From positions 64,001-128,000 of the forward strand of contig JBHLRZ010000003.1 of NCBI GenBank assembly GCA_048882045.1: 64,000 bases of DNA. Direction: 5' to 3'. Made by a program: the position numbers and the translations under genes. Below the pieces are notes generated by a model that was given only the letters and a program-made list of their open reading frames with translations, ran no database searches and was not told the origin of the DNA. Position 1 is the stretch's first letter, and every line of letters begins with the position of its first letter. Below are positions 10,154 through 19,311 of the stretch, piece after piece. This DNA is from Candidatus Thorarchaeota archaeon (GTDB lineage Archaea; Asgardarchaeota; Thorarchaeia; Thorarchaeales; Thorarchaeaceae).

Positions 10154-10795
10154 TTGCAAACGGTGAATCAAGTGAAATACCATGATGAAAGTCTTGACTT
10201 GACAGGAAGGAGTGTAACAGCTTCTCGCATCATCTCCAGACTAACTCCAGCTCCTTTGATCAATCTCTATGTTGGGATCATCCTTTCTCTTTTCTCTCCT
10301 ATCGGATTAGGACCAGTCCTAGATCCCCCCTCATCCATACTGATTTGTTTGGCAATCATGGTCATTCTCCCGATTGTACCAATTGTCTATGAAGCATGGA
10401 AAGGGAACGTGGATCTAGACGTATCAAAGCGTGAGAGCAGAACAAGATTCTTCATTTTCTCTATGATGTGCGATGTCCTCGCATATTCGGTGTATTCGAT
10501 ACTAGGTTGTCTTATCATGAGTACACTAGCAGCTGCTTATTTTTCTGTAACCTTAGGAATCACTATTGTAAGTCAAAGATGGAAAATCTCTGTCCATGCT
10601 GCGGGAGTTGGAGGACCTGGCACAGCCCTGATCTATGTATATGGACCAACTGCGCTACTTGTGATTCTAGTTTGGGCTGCTGTAGTTTGGTCAAGAGTGA
10701 CTCTCAAACAACACAATACCGAACAGACTCTAGCTGGAGTTATTCTCTCAACTGCAATCACAGTTGTCACTTATTTGGTACTATATCACCCATGA
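10154..10795 (+). CDS. PAP2-superfamily-like membrane protein
   Basis: Six hydrophobic segments; WKISVHAAG and WSRVTLKQH motifs. Confidence 0.75.
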   Translation: MQTVNQVKYHDESLDLTGRSVTASRIISRLTPAPLINLYVGIILSLFSPIGLGPVLDPPSSILICLAIMVILPIVPIVYEAWKGNVDLDVSKRESRTRFFIFSMMCDVLAYSVYSILGCLIMSTLAAAYFSVTLGITIVSQRWKISVHAAGVGGPGTALIYVYGPTALLVILVWAAVVWSRVTLKQHNTEQTLAGVILSTAITVVTYLVLYHP

Positions 10796-10901
10796 TATCT
10801 CGAATGCGCAATTACTGATTTTGTACCAAGTTTCTTCATATGTATAGCATCTGAGTTTAAAATGCAGGTCAAACTGTAAATTATGGAAACGCGGTTTCAA
10901 A

Positions 10902-12158
10902 ATGCAAGACCAGATACTATGCCCAGAGTGTGGAAAACGGATTAGAAGAGGTTCCACATTTTGTATTGGCTGCGGGAAGAAGATTCCTGAGAACACGCCA
11001 CTTGCACCCCCAGAACCGGATCTTGGAGAAACCACTATGAACGAACCTAGTGAATCAAATGATGAACTCCCGAGCCTGGAAGAATCAGGCCTTGAGGCTA
11101 TTGAAGAAGAGGCCGCTCATACTACAACTGATAGTCTATCAGCTGATGATGAGTTGACTTGGGAAGAACCACCTGCTTCTCCAGCTCCAGAACCCGCAAC
11201 GGAAGACCTGAGTTGGGACGATAATACGCTACCAGTCACTGAAGATACTCCAGCTGAGGACTTGTCTCTAATTGAAGCAAGTGAACCTGAGATTGAAGCA
11301 AAAGCTGAAGACTCTGGAGGTCGAAGTACTGATCTTGTTTGGGAGGATGATGAGATTAAAGTGGGCATGCCCTTCAAAGAAGTAGCTCCACCAAGGATCT
11401 ATGATGAGGAGGTCTCGATAACTACAGAAGAAGCGCTTGAACACCTCTTTCCAGATGGTGTGCCTACAGAAGTTCGTGAGGAAACAAAGGAAGCTGTAGA
11501 ACACCTATTTCCCGAGGGAAGAGGTAGCACAACTACAACCTTCATTGATGTTGTAGTTGGAAAGCCTTCAAAGATTGGTCCTTCGTCAATGAAGGAACTT
11601 CAGATACCTGCATGCCCAAACTGTGGAATAGATCTCACTTCTGATGATTTTGAATACCCAGACTATGTCTTTGATGCGATGGGAAGAGCCAGACTTGAAC
11701 ATGGAGAACATCACCTCAAGGAGAACGAACATGAAAAAGCCATTGAATCATTTGAGATGGCGAAGATGCTCTTTGAGAAGGCTGGAAATGAGAAGGGAGT
11801 CCAGGAAAGTGTGAAGCGAGTGGATCTTGGCTACGATGCTATGGCTCGATTCCACTTTGACCAAGGCGAGAACCATCTAAAGGTCCAGGAATATGAATGG
11901 GCAATTGTCCAATTCAGGAAGGCAAGGGAACTCTATATGTTCAGCACTGATGCTAAGAAAAGAGCCCGATGTACAGAGAAGGTCCGAGAATCATATATCG
12001 AGTGGGGTAAGACACTTGAATCTGATGGCGATGGACTATCAAAGGATGGTCATTCAAGAGATGCACTGTCTAAGTACCAAGAAGCAGCTGACAAGTATCG
12101 TCATGGCGAGGATAAAAAACGCCTCCGAGGTCTCGAGAAGAAAATTCGCAAAGCCTAG
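10902..12158 (+). CDS. Zinc-ribbon / acidic disordered linker / TPR (SNAP-like) protein
   Basis: CPECG..CIGCG at the N-terminus, an acidic Pro-rich region, CPNCG, then helical repeats (KAIESFEMAK, WAIVQFRKAR, DALSKYQEAA). Confidence 0.75.
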   Translation: MQDQILCPECGKRIRRGSTFCIGCGKKIPENTPLAPPEPDLGETTMNEPSESNDELPSLEESGLEAIEEEAAHTTTDSLSADDELTWEEPPASPAPEPATEDLSWDDNTLPVTEDTPAEDLSLIEASEPEIEAKAEDSGGRSTDLVWEDDEIKVGMPFKEVAPPRIYDEEVSITTEEALEHLFPDGVPTEVREETKEAVEHLFPEGRGSTTTTFIDVVVGKPSKIGPSSMKELQIPACPNCGIDLTSDDFEYPDYVFDAMGRARLEHGEHHLKENEHEKAIESFEMAKMLFEKAGNEKGVQESVKRVDLGYDAMARFHFDQGENHLKVQEYEWAIVQFRKARELYMFSTDAKKRARCTEKVRESYIEWGKTLESDGDGLSKDGHSRDALSKYQEAADKYRHGEDKKRLRGLEKKIRKA

Positions 12159-12160
12159 AT

Positions 12161-13084
12161 TCATAATGTAGTTCTTGGTTTGAACCCAGTAAGTCTGAGT
12201 ATATTGTCTTTGAATATTAGATCGATGTCCTCTTGTGTATAATCAAATTTGGGCAAGAGTGATTTCACAGCATTGTATTGTTCCTCAAGAATGTTGTATC
12301 TGAAACCTCTTGGGAAAAATGAAGAGTCCGTCCCGAACACCACTCTGCAAGAAGCACCTGCTGTGAGTGCTCTATCAAAGATTTTAGTGATATCAAGATC
12401 GACATCAAGATAATTCCTCCAGTTGTTTGATCCACTAGTATCCATGACAACGTTGTGCGTCTGATACATCAACATCAATACTTCACGGAAGAATCCAGCC
12501 CCGAAGTGAGCAATCATGAAGTTCAACTCTGGATAATCTTGTGCAGGCTTCTGAATATCGAGAGGATTTCCATACCGTAGGTTCGCTTGTGTTCCAATTG
12601 TGATTCCAAAGTGGAGAATCACGAGTAGGTTTTGGTTCTTCGCCTCTTCATAGATTGGATAGACTCGCTCATCATAGACATGAAAATCCCATGAACTTGG
12701 ATATAGCTTGATACCCTGGAATCCGTCTCTACCTGCGCGTTTCACCATGTCCACAGCATTATCTTCTGCAGGATTGATATTTGCATATCCTAGAAATCGT
12801 CCAGGGAATCTCTTCCTTGTTTCATTGAATTCATCCCAGACCTCTTCTCCAATCATCATCCCTATTGCTGTGATACCGTACTTGTCTAACTCATCAGCCC
12901 ACATCTGTCCTGCATCCCAATTCTCATCAGGTATGGTCAATTGGGGCATGTCTGTCTGAAAGGAAACACGATTCTGCATCCGCTCCATAGATGCTCCGCT
13001 TTCAAGCCATCGCTTTATCGTGTCGTAAGTGAAGAAATGAGCGTGGCTGTCTATGACCTCTGTTCCAACCTTTGAAACTATCAT
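12161..13084 (-). CDS. Amidohydrolase-2 family metal-dependent hydrolase
   Basis: IDSHAH, GIKLYP, ILHFG, IAHFG, DTS, FGTDS. Confidence 0.9.
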   Translation of the reverse strand: MIVSKVGTEVIDSHAHFFTYDTIKRWLESGASMERMQNRVSFQTDMPQLTIPDENWDAGQMWADELDKYGITAIGMMIGEEVWDEFNETRKRFPGRFLGYANINPAEDNAVDMVKRAGRDGFQGIKLYPSSWDFHVYDERVYPIYEEAKNQNLLVILHFGITIGTQANLRYGNPLDIQKPAQDYPELNFMIAHFGAGFFREVLMLMYQTHNVVMDTSGSNNWRNYLDVDLDITKIFDRALTAGASCRVVFGTDSSFFPRGFRYNILEEQYNAVKSLLPKFDYTQEDIDLIFKDNILRLTGFKPRTTL

Positions 13085-13172
13085 CTATATCCCACACAAA
13101 ATTGTCTATTGTTATCCTGATTGTCACTCTATCAGTAATAAGAGCTCTCTTGTGGCATAGAAAGGATGTCTC

Positions 13173-15344
13173 TTAGATCCAGTCGCCAGTTTCAAGTTTG
13201 CGTGGAAGATATACATCCGTCAGATACTCAAAGCTGTGACTGGCAAATGCCTGGATCTCAGCTTTCTCCTTGAGTTGTAACATAAGACGGAGATCCTTGA
13301 CCCACTCTTTGTTTTGTTGGACGAATGGCTCTTTCAGCATATCCTTCACTCGTTTCATGTCGGTCGGTTGCATGGGGATTCTGACTGATTTTGGAATATT
13401 ATATTCATCTAGATCTCGGCTTAATACTCCCAAGAGTTTGAGTTCAGGAGTTGCGATGAATGGTGACTCATAGCTAAGACGTTTACTACCTCTCAAGAAT
13501 ACAGAGTAGATATAGTGCCCATATGGATCAGAGTCGACCAAAGCAAAAGCGGGAATTTCTAGCTCCTTTACTAGCATCTTCAAAAATGCTCGCGTGGCAA
13601 TATCTCCAGAACCTTTTCCTGTCAGTACAATGCAGGGCTGACGATTCCAATACTTAGCCTCTGCAAGCCGCATCACTGCAGCATCTTTCTCTGAGAGGAT
13701 GATAAACTCAGCATCGCTTTCGACAATCTCGAGTTGATCCAGGAAGGGGGTCACAGCCCAACCGCCTGTACCCATTTTGGTAAGGTCGATGAGGTCCCCA
13801 CCATCTCTAATTGTGACTCGGCCCATTGCTGATCCTCGAGCTGATGCAACGACATGGATACTATCTCGAGTAGTCTGGATCATGGATGCGACATCTTCGA
13901 TTATTTTGTCACTGTATTTTTGCTCTCGAAAGAGATTGACATCACTATAGTAGACCTCTCGTTTCGTAGCATGAAGTTTAGACTTGAGCAAGTTGAATAC
14001 GATTTCCATGACCCTGGCCGTACGGGTCGCATCTACAACGGATGCAAGTGAATGGTACGGTCTAGAAATTGTCTTCATTCCTAATAGCAAAAGATCACGA
14101 ATCTCATCCCAAACGATATTGTCACCACTTCTGCTCGGGATATCAAAGGCAGGTCTGCCTGTCATCATTGTTTCATTCAGGATATCGAGTGCAGTATCAA
14201 CGATTCTTTCGGTAGTGTCATCAGCTGTGAGATTTACAACCTCGACTGTTTCGAGAAGGGGTGTAGCATCTTCAGGTAGTGGCGATTTCACTTTCTCCTC
14301 AGCAGTTGCCCATTTCTCCTTCATTTCCACAGCGAACTCAGCCACAGCTTTTGGAACGGGTAAACCTGATTCCTTCTTGATAGGTTTAGCCTTCTTTCTC
14401 TTAGGGGTAGGTTTTGCTTTCTTCACTGGTTTCTTTGGCGTAGGTGCCTTCTTCGGAGCTGCTTTCTTCTTTGACTTTTTGGCCGCAGGTTCCATAGGAA
14501 TCTCTTCCTCAACTGGTTGTTCCTTCTCTGGTGCTTCAACAGTCTTGGCAGATGCAACAACTTTGAGTGTTTCAGGTTCTCCAGTAATTCGTGCAACTTC
14601 CTGAGAATGAATTAGTTCCTTAGCTGCAACAACTATCTGCTCAGCTTTTGTAGAACTCAAACCGTCCACCTTATTTGCGATATTACTTGGACTTGCCCTA
14701 GCGATTCTTGCTACAGAATCATATCCTGCCCTCTCCATAGAGAGAGCGAGCTTTGAACCCAACCCAGGAACATCAGTAAGTGCAATCTTAGGAGGCAAAA
14801 CTTCTTCAGCTTCTTCAGAACCCTCCACTGGTGGTTCAGCTGTGGGGAGAGCCTTACTCTTATTCACCAAGTCCTTCGCAGCATCCACAAGGTTCTTTGC
14901 CCCTGTCGCGCTGAGACCCTCAACCTTCTTAGCGATTGAGGAAGACCTAGCACGGGATATCTTCTCCACCGTTTCGTATTTAGCTTTGATTAGCCTCTCC
15001 TCTAGCTTCGACCCTACGCCAGGGAGCTGCTTGAGACTGAATTCACTCTCTGGAACAGGAGGTTGTGCAATTTTCTTTTTAGCTTGTTTCTTCTTTGCTG
15101 GGGCTTTTTTCTGCGTGGCTGGCTTTTTCTTCTTGGGAGGTTCTTTCTTTTCTGGAGTCTTCTTGGTTGTCTTCTTCTTTGGTTTTGCTGAGGACTTCTT
15201 CTTGCTCGAATCTTTCTTCGGTGTTTTTTTAGCAGTCTTCTTGGTTGTCTTCTTGGTTGTCTTCTTCTTTTTGTCCTCGCCAAGTACCTCTCCAAGTGTT
15301 GCCTGAACAGTTTCAGGCTTCTTCTTCGACTTCTTGCGGCTCAT
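13173..15344 (-). CDS. top6A: DNA topoisomerase VI subunit A (Spo11 family) with long Lys-rich, HhH-containing N-terminal extension
   Basis: Core TKREVYY (catalytic Tyr), EKDA, LTGKG, DSDPYG, KAEIQA; about 370 extra N-terminal residues. Confidence 0.95.
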   Translation of the reverse strand: MSRKKSKKKPETVQATLGEVLGEDKKKKTTKKTTKKTAKKTPKKDSSKKKSSAKPKKKTTKKTPEKKEPPKKKKPATQKKAPAKKKQAKKKIAQPPVPESEFSLKQLPGVGSKLEERLIKAKYETVEKISRARSSSIAKKVEGLSATGAKNLVDAAKDLVNKSKALPTAEPPVEGSEEAEEVLPPKIALTDVPGLGSKLALSMERAGYDSVARIARASPSNIANKVDGLSSTKAEQIVVAAKELIHSQEVARITGEPETLKVVASAKTVEAPEKEQPVEEEIPMEPAAKKSKKKAAPKKAPTPKKPVKKAKPTPKRKKAKPIKKESGLPVPKAVAEFAVEMKEKWATAEEKVKSPLPEDATPLLETVEVVNLTADDTTERIVDTALDILNETMMTGRPAFDIPSRSGDNIVWDEIRDLLLLGMKTISRPYHSLASVVDATRTARVMEIVFNLLKSKLHATKREVYYSDVNLFREQKYSDKIIEDVASMIQTTRDSIHVVASARGSAMGRVTIRDGGDLIDLTKMGTGGWAVTPFLDQLEIVESDAEFIILSEKDAAVMRLAEAKYWNRQPCIVLTGKGSGDIATRAFLKMLVKELEIPAFALVDSDPYGHYIYSVFLRGSKRLSYESPFIATPELKLLGVLSRDLDEYNIPKSVRIPMQPTDMKRVKDMLKEPFVQQNKEWVKDLRLMLQLKEKAEIQAFASHSFEYLTDVYLPRKLETGDWI

Positions 15345-17365
15345 TCGCTCTCGCCTCCTTCTGCTGCAACTTCTTCTTCATCATCAAGGGAGATATCAGC
15401 CACAAGATCAGAACCGACTGTATCTCTCTCAGTTTCTTCTTGGTCTGCTTGAGTTTCAAACCCAGTTATCGAATCTCTCAGTCTGCTAGCGATTGTTTCA
15501 GCATCGAACTTGGGTTTTTTATGACCATCATTGACAATCGCAACAAGACTCTGAGCGAATTGATCTGCGTACATGGCGAGAATTCCTGCTCGTTTTGCCT
15601 TTCTCTGAGCAGTTTCACGTCTTGTGATGAATCGTCTGAATCGTCTTCCAGCATCTTCAAGTGCTAGTTTGATTTCACGGAGTAAGACTTCGTCTTCAGC
15701 AAGGGCTTGCTTACTCTGTCCTTTGAACATGACGTGGACATAGGCTCCTGCAACATGAATGAAGACCATTATTGGTCCACGTGGAATTCCATTGTCGAAA
15801 GTTGCTACCTTGTAGTTTTTCCAGTTGACAGATGCAGTTGCTTTCCAAGTTGCACAGTCACTGTTATCTCTCAATTTTGGTACACGATTAACAAAACGCC
15901 AGAGAACCATTGGAGCAGAGCTTGCAGGTTTGATCTCTCCTCCATAAGCGATACAGACCTCGACTGCAAACGAGAGACCCTTTCCTGATGTTGGTTTTCG
16001 AGTCACAGCTGTTGCAAAGTCGGGTTTGTAAGCCATTTTGATTGTCTGCTCGAAGACCTCCTCACCAACAGGGACCACTGTGTCTGTAGGTGGAGCGATA
16101 TAGTCCTCATTTGAGAATGAGCGATATAACAGTTCGACTTCTGTCTTGGAAAGTGAATCAGTCGGTGTACTCATTTTTAGATCATCGAGATGACGTCTTC
16201 TGAGATCTTTGCTAGCATTCGAAACAATTGTCTTTGCCTTATTAGAACTCAATCTGCAGAATGCCTTTGTAAGGAATCCTCTCAGATCAGACTCTCGAGT
16301 TTCACGAAGCAAGTCTTGGAACTCACCAATTCTGATGCTTGCAGGATGAGGTTGCGCGTACTTTGGTTCCTCAGGGAACTGATTCACCTTTCTTGGGAAG
16401 ATGTTGACTTGTCCATATGGATCGATGAATATGATGGTGACATGGGAATTTAGAAGGGAGGCCATCTCACAATAGATATCAGCATACCCCCTTCTGTATT
16501 GAATATTGAGATAATAGAGCTTAATGAATGTACCATGATGGAACGGGAGATCCATGTCAACTGGACCACCAACATGGTCCTTTGTGTTTGCTGTGGTTGT
16601 GTAGAAGTTAGTAACAGTAGCCGCGTCTGAGTTGAATCGTTTTGAAATAGTGAATATCGGTTTACCAGTTGTGTTCTGAGCGTCGCTGAATGCAGATGGC
16701 GCTCCAAATCCCTGGCTACCTCTAGTTTGTCGAAGTTTCTCGGATTTACTTGAGGCGAGATAAATCCCAAATTTCTCTAGGTCTCTGGCAATCATTCCAA
16801 CTCCAGTATCGAAGCATGAGAACTCATACACCTTGAAGCCTTCTTCATCATCTATCGGGACTAGGTCCGGCATCTGGACCTCCTTCAGTTCAATGACCAC
16901 TAAGGGTTCACGCTTGGTCAATAGAGGACGAAGCGGAGCAACAAACTTCCGGAACTCAGTTATTCCGTCATCTATCGTTTCTTTGCGTCGTGGAGGAATT
17001 TCAACCTCTTTACCAGCCTTGACATCCCGTTCTAGTTGCTTACTTAGTGCTATAGTATCGATCTGACCCTCTTGGAGTTTTGCGCGTACTTCTTCGACGA
17101 CTGCAGGATCAAGTTGGTCCTGTAGACGAGGTCGTCTGCTAGCCTTCCACCACCAGCTCTCCAAGGCATCAATAGCATTGTCAAGAAACTCGATTGCATA
17201 TTGCGTATGTTTATTCAGTCCAGTTTCAAAACCCACTAGTTGAGTTCTCTTTCTCATGAATTTGGCTATCGTACCCTGCTTGATGTCTCCTGTATCTGTT
17301 CTAGTGGGAGTCGGTGCAGGTTGCGCCTTCTTGGGTGGTTTCTTCGATTTCTTCTTTGAGCTCAA
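15341..17365 (-). CDS. top6B: DNA topoisomerase VI subunit B
   Basis: GHKL motifs EFLDNAIDA, DTGVGM, RGSQGFG; PHP, RFVNRVP, QSK; TTG start; 4-nt overlap with top6A. Confidence 0.93.
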   Translation of the reverse strand: MSSKKKSKKPPKKAQPAPTPTRTDTGDIKQGTIAKFMRKRTQLVGFETGLNKHTQYAIEFLDNAIDALESWWWKASRRPRLQDQLDPAVVEEVRAKLQEGQIDTIALSKQLERDVKAGKEVEIPPRRKETIDDGITEFRKFVAPLRPLLTKREPLVVIELKEVQMPDLVPIDDEEGFKVYEFSCFDTGVGMIARDLEKFGIYLASSKSEKLRQTRGSQGFGAPSAFSDAQNTTGKPIFTISKRFNSDAATVTNFYTTTANTKDHVGGPVDMDLPFHHGTFIKLYYLNIQYRRGYADIYCEMASLLNSHVTIIFIDPYGQVNIFPRKVNQFPEEPKYAQPHPASIRIGEFQDLLRETRESDLRGFLTKAFCRLSSNKAKTIVSNASKDLRRRHLDDLKMSTPTDSLSKTEVELLYRSFSNEDYIAPPTDTVVPVGEEVFEQTIKMAYKPDFATAVTRKPTSGKGLSFAVEVCIAYGGEIKPASSAPMVLWRFVNRVPKLRDNSDCATWKATASVNWKNYKVATFDNGIPRGPIMVFIHVAGAYVHVMFKGQSKQALAEDEVLLREIKLALEDAGRRFRRFITRRETAQRKAKRAGILAMYADQFAQSLVAIVNDGHKKPKFDAETIASRLRDSITGFETQADQEETERDTVGSDLVADISLDDEEEVAAEGGESE

Positions 17366-17659
17366 TATTGATCTCTCCAGTGGGTGTTAACGTCAAGAGG
17401 TCGTTTCCTGGTAGACAATGTATAACTCTGGCTCTAGGGACTTTAACAGTCGCATGTAATCTCAGTGATATATTAGCCTTTTCCGTGACTAGCCTCTCAA
17501 AATGCTGGTTTCTGCTATTTTGTACCATCTGGACCGCTTTTAGGCTTATATGGCACAAATGAAACAGAAGTTGAGGTTGTTTTTAGAAGGTGTGTTTGAG
17601 AATAATTTAAGATAAACACCTTTTTTGGGTGATGAAAACTAGCCAGTATGTGAATCACC

Positions 17660-18400
17660 TTGAAACCAGGACCAGTGGAAGCATTTGCAGTTGAATATAT
17701 CCCATTGGTTCAGGAAGGACACGACATTGCAAGCATGATCCTTGATAGGACGAGTCTATCGGAGGGAGATATCATCGTCGTTGCATCCAAGATTGTATCC
17801 AAGTCTGAAGGAAGAATAGCAAAGGCAAAGGATGTCATTGTATCAGAAAAAGCCCAAGAAATAGCAGACATGAATGGTTTCAACCCTGTACATGTCGAAC
17901 TAGCTCTTCGAGAGGCTGTGGGAATAATTAGAAATCGGGGAGTTCTCATTACTCAAACTAAAACAGGACTGGTCTGTAACTTCAGCGGAGTTGACAAATC
18001 TAATGCGCCAGATGAAGAATATGTATTACTACCCGAAGATCCTGATGCTTCCGCTGCAAGAATCAGAAAAAGAATGGTCGAAATGACTGGATCAAAAATT
18101 GCAGTAATCGTTTCAGATACTCATGGCCGTCCCTGGAGGAGAGGTTCAATCAATATTGCAATCGGGTGTTCAGGAATCAATGCTTTCAAGTTCAACGTCG
18201 GAAAGAGAGACCTTTACGGAAGAATCCTGAAGAGATCAACAGTTTGCCAAATTGATGAGATTGCTGCATATGTGGAACCTCTTATGGGACAGGCCAATGA
18301 AGGAGTTCCAGTTGTGATAGTACGAGGATATGACTATACAACGGGAAATGAAAAAGCATCAGATATCAACAGGTCTAGAGAAGAAGATTTGTTTCGTTGA
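17660..18400 (+). CDS. cofE: Coenzyme F420-0:L-glutamate ligase
   Basis: ASKIVSKSEG, SGVDKSN, LLPEDPDASA, DTHGRPWRRG, DLYGR, EGVPVVIVRG. Confidence 0.92.
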   Translation: MKPGPVEAFAVEYIPLVQEGHDIASMILDRTSLSEGDIIVVASKIVSKSEGRIAKAKDVIVSEKAQEIADMNGFNPVHVELALREAVGIIRNRGVLITQTKTGLVCNFSGVDKSNAPDEEYVLLPEDPDASAARIRKRMVEMTGSKIAVIVSDTHGRPWRRGSINIAIGCSGINAFKFNVGKRDLYGRILKRSTVCQIDEIAAYVEPLMGQANEGVPVVIVRGYDYTTGNEKASDINRSREEDLFR

Positions 18401-18419
18401 TTCTAGAAAAGAAGAAGGC

Positions 18420-18440
18420 GGGCTTCGAACAATGAAGCCC
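18420..18440 (-). terminator. Hairpin plus pyrimidine tract between convergent genes
   Basis: GGGCTTC/GAAGCCC stem; on the minus strand followed by GCCTTCTTCTTTT. Confidence 0.55.
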
Positions 18441-18452
18441 AACTAGTTGAGA

Positions 18453-19139
18453 TTATCCTACAGGTTGTCCACAGCCACCACAGAATCGAGCTCCAGCTGG
18501 GTAAGCCTTGCCGCAATTATGACAATAGCCTGCGGCATTCGATGGTCCCCGATCAGAAACGTGAATGGTCATGGAATCACCACCACTTGGTGCTGCCTCG
18601 CCAGAACCACCCTCAATAACCCCGCCACAGTTGGGGCAGGATGGTACGTTTCCAGCATTCGCTCCGCAGTAGGGACATTTTCCCGCCTCTTGAGCGGAAG
18701 TTAGATTGGCAATTACCGAGGGGATGACCTTCTTTTGTTTGAAATCGAATTGCATGTCACCGCCTGACTTTAGTGAAATTATCAGTCTGTTGCCACTCTG
18801 GGTCGCTTGGCTGATTGCGATTACCGGAATAGCAAGGCTCTCGGTGTTGCCTTTATCATCCTTGTTGAAATAAGAATCTCGACTCCAAGACGAGATTGCA
18901 GTACCAACTGCAGCGTAGGTTATTCCTCTAGCAAGACCGCGTGTGATACTTCGACCCAGTCCACCCATCTGTCTTCCTGCACCTTCGAGTAATGCAGCTC
19001 CTGCAACTGCTCCTGCGATGGCCCCCCACTTCTTTGCACCACCCCATTTGCTTGGATTCTTGTACCAGACAATTCGAACATCCGTTACTTCTACTGATCC
19101 ATCTTCACCGTCAAACTTGACATCCTTCTCCCTCACCAT
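18453..19139 (-). CDS. Zinc-ribbon protein with Gly-zipper hydrophobic segment and possible split PH-like domain
   Basis: Four CxxC knuckles at the C-terminus; GAIAGAVAGAALL segment; start chosen at the ATG downstream of GAGG. Confidence 0.7.
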   Translation of the reverse strand: MVREKDVKFDGEDGSVEVTDVRIVWYKNPSKWGGAKKWGAIAGAVAGAALLEGAGRQMGGLGRSITRGLARGITYAAVGTAISSWSRDSYFNKDDKGNTESLAIPVIAISQATQSGNRLIISLKSGGDMQFDFKQKKVIPSVIANLTSAQEAGKCPYCGANAGNVPSCPNCGGVIEGGSGEAAPSGGDSMTIHVSDRGPSNAAGYCHNCGKAYPAGARFCGGCGQPVG

Positions 19140-19311
19140 TTTCCTCTCATGCTTCATAGTGTCTAATCCAGAACCAGAATAGGAAACGGTAAGAAACTGT
19201 GGTCTATCACTCAATTGTAAGCACCGAAGCTCAATCAACGAAAGTGAGTATTAACTTTGTGCTGGCAGACAAAATGGAGAATGGCTGTCCCAAGGTACAG
19301 CCATCACTAGA

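Noticed and set aside
15215-15270. Short tandem DNA repeats (cttcttggttgt)
   Set aside because: Coding KKTT repeats with no spacers; not CRISPR.
13984-15306. Plus-strand ORFs rich in Phe/Gly/Ala that look like membrane proteins
   Set aside because: Reverse complement of the Lys/Ala/Pro-rich Top6A extension.
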